Notes under the pieces: generated by a model
The model's database searches: none
What the model was told of the DNA's origin: nothing
The model's input: the letters and a program-made list of their open reading frames with translations, nothing else
Shown here: in pieces, positions 62,553 to 64,000 of the stretch
How positions within the stretch are numbered: the first letter of the stretch is position 1
Layout: each line of letters begins with the position of its first letter
Origin: a virus
Lineage: Duplodnaviria; Caudoviricetes
IMG/VR virus record: IMGVR_UViG_3300015606_001334
Span: 64,001-128,000 of that record
Direction: 5' to 3' (one strand)
DNA length: 64,000 nucleotides
Program-made: the position numbers and the translations under genes

Positions 62553-64000
62553 TATAAACTAACGATAGGTATGATTTTCTTTTCAACCATGATGGGGAAA
62601 TTGTCCCAGAATTCTTGGTGATGCACCTGAATTTGTTCAGGTGAAATAGCCAAGAGTTTCTGTTTGTACTCATTTACGAGAGTCAAACATTTAGCCTGAA
62701 TGTCATGGTTCATTGGGGTGTGGGTAAATGAACGATCACGATATGTGCGAACGTAATCTTCTAGCCTTATCCCAAAGTTGTGGTACATTGGGAAATAGAA
62801 AGGGTGTGCTTGATGGAATAGTGGATTGACGCCATGGTAAAGGCCTCTCACTAGTACTTCAAACTCGGCGCGTGTACCCCAAGGACTTGTCCAATTTGGC
62901 GCTGCAGAGAAGTTTGCTGCTTGCTCTTGATCAAGAACGTATTCAGCGAATGGGTAATTTCTACTAGCAGTCAAAGAACCTTTGTCTTCGCGATAAACTG
63001 CCAAAGGAGAAATCGAAACTCGGTCAATGAGATACTGACCTTCAGGAGTTCGCATCATCCAGTCAATTGACTCGGTAAATTCTTCCTTTGTTTCGGTTGG
63101 TAGACCTGCGATCATCGATACTTTGATAATTGCTTGATCTTTGAATACTGAACGAACCAATTTCAGCGATTTGACAATCTTTTCTCTGTCAGTCACTTTA
63201 CCTATAAGTGGGCCAACTGAAGTTTTCATTGACTCAATACCGAAATAAATCCCTCGACATCCAGAATCAATAAGCTTTTGCGCATTCTCTTCAGTTTTGA
63301 TGACGTCCAAACGAGCATAACTTACCCATTCAATAGGGATGCCAGTCTCTCTTTTGATTTGGATTAGCCAATCGACTTTGTTTGGGTCGTCATTGACCAT
63401 GTCATCAAGAAACATGTACATTGACGTGCCAAACTTTTCATAGTTGTACACGAGTTCCTTGCGAAGGCTGTCAAAGCTTCTTGAGAACTCTCTTACCTTT
63501 TTACCAAGAACTCGACCGTGTCCACAAAATTCGCAATTGAAGATGCATCCATGTGCTAATTCGACTGAAAGAGATTCGCCTTGATTGATACAGTCAATTA
63601 CTGGGGCAGGAGCACTTGCGTTCTCTGAGAAGTCTGCTACAGGAAGAAGTCCACCATCAATCAGTTTGAACCCATTCAGCTCTTTGTATGGCGGGACTTG
63701 ACCATTGAGCAGCATATTGATTGCTACTTCTCCTTGCTCTTGCACAAGGTAGTCAATAAATGGGCGAAACTTGTCAAATCTCCATCTTGCGATATCCATA
63801 GGTCGCTCAAAACGGAGTTCAGTTATATGAGCACCACCAAACACCACCATGATGTCAGGTGAAATTGATTTAGCAGTCTCAATAATGAATTGAATGCGAT
63901 CAGCTTCAGATTCAGAGAATGGTGCCAGTGAATCCTCAGGCTTGCTCTTAATCTTAACTGGAGAAATGAAAGTTGTAGACACACCAATCATCTTGGTGGT
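62552..64000 (-). CDS. B12-binding radical SAM enzyme, 5' end beyond window
   Basis: IGVSTTF, VFGGAH, QGE, GCIFNCEFC, DD..N, FGIES, IAGLPTET. Confidence 0.88.
   Translation of the reverse strand, partial: TTKMIGVSTTFISPVKIKSKPEDSLAPFSESEADRIQFIIETAKSISPDIMVVFGGAHITELRFERPMDIARWRFDKFRPFIDYLVQEQGEVAINMLLNGQVPPYKELNGFKLIDGGLLPVADFSENASAPAPVIDCINQGESLSVELAHGCIFNCEFCGHGRVLGKKVREFSRSFDSLRKELVYNYEKFGTSMYMFLDDMVNDDPNKVDWLIQIKRETGIPIEWVSYARLDVIKTEENAQKLIDSGCRGIYFGIESMKTSVGPLIGKVTDREKIVKSLKLVRSVFKDQAIIKVSMIAGLPTETKEEFTESIDWMMRTPEGQYLIDRVSISPLAVYREDKGSLTASRNYPFAEYVLDQEQAANFSAAPNWTSPWGTRAEFEVLVRGLYHGVNPLFHQAHPFYFPMYHNFGIRLEDYVRTYRDRSFTHTPMNHDIQAKCLTLVNEYKQKLLAISPEQIQVHHQEFWDNFPIMVEKKIIPIVSL

Noticed and set aside
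1-64000. Genome-wide TGA=Trp or TAG=Gln recoding
   Set aside because: Many genes end at TGA with ATGA coupling, Trp is TGG elsewhere, and conserved enzymes are uninterrupted under code 11; only the RF gene has an in-frame stop at a conserved position

Overview
Gene-dense segment of a large T4-superfamily-like (jumbo) phage genome, probably infecting a proteobacterium. Almost all genes are on the minus strand. They are driven by repeated GTTTAC-N16/17-TATAAT early promoters and (T)ATAAATA late promoters. No core replication or major structural genes are present. The window contains: (i) an array of 16 tRNAs for exactly ten amino acids (5468-9536), interleaved with three unexplained structured RNAs and a homing HNH nuclease; (ii) a domain-1-less RF1-type release factor with an in-frame TGA at a conserved Trp position; (iii) a stand-alone amber-suppressor tRNA(CUA); (iv) a tRNA/RNA repair set (two RNA ligases, HD-Pnk, CCA-adding enzyme, Thg1); (v) probable anti-defence enzymes (Acb1-like, Apyc1-like, NADAR/gp30.3-like, MazG, small alarmone hydrolase); and (vi) two transporter/modification islands (TctC/TctA; ABC transporter with ATP-grasp and B12 radical SAM). 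The main finding lies directly upstream of the tRNA array and is missing from the ORF track. It is a 47-codon leader peptide (9653-9796) whose central 29 codons are 28/29 drawn from, and cover all of, the ten amino acids served by the array. It overlaps mutually exclusive antiterminator/terminator hairpins and is followed by a boxA site. This looks like a ribosome-coupled attenuator that senses depletion of any of ten tRNA families and switches on the phage's replacement tRNAs. All family assignments come from motif recognition by eye; no searches were run.
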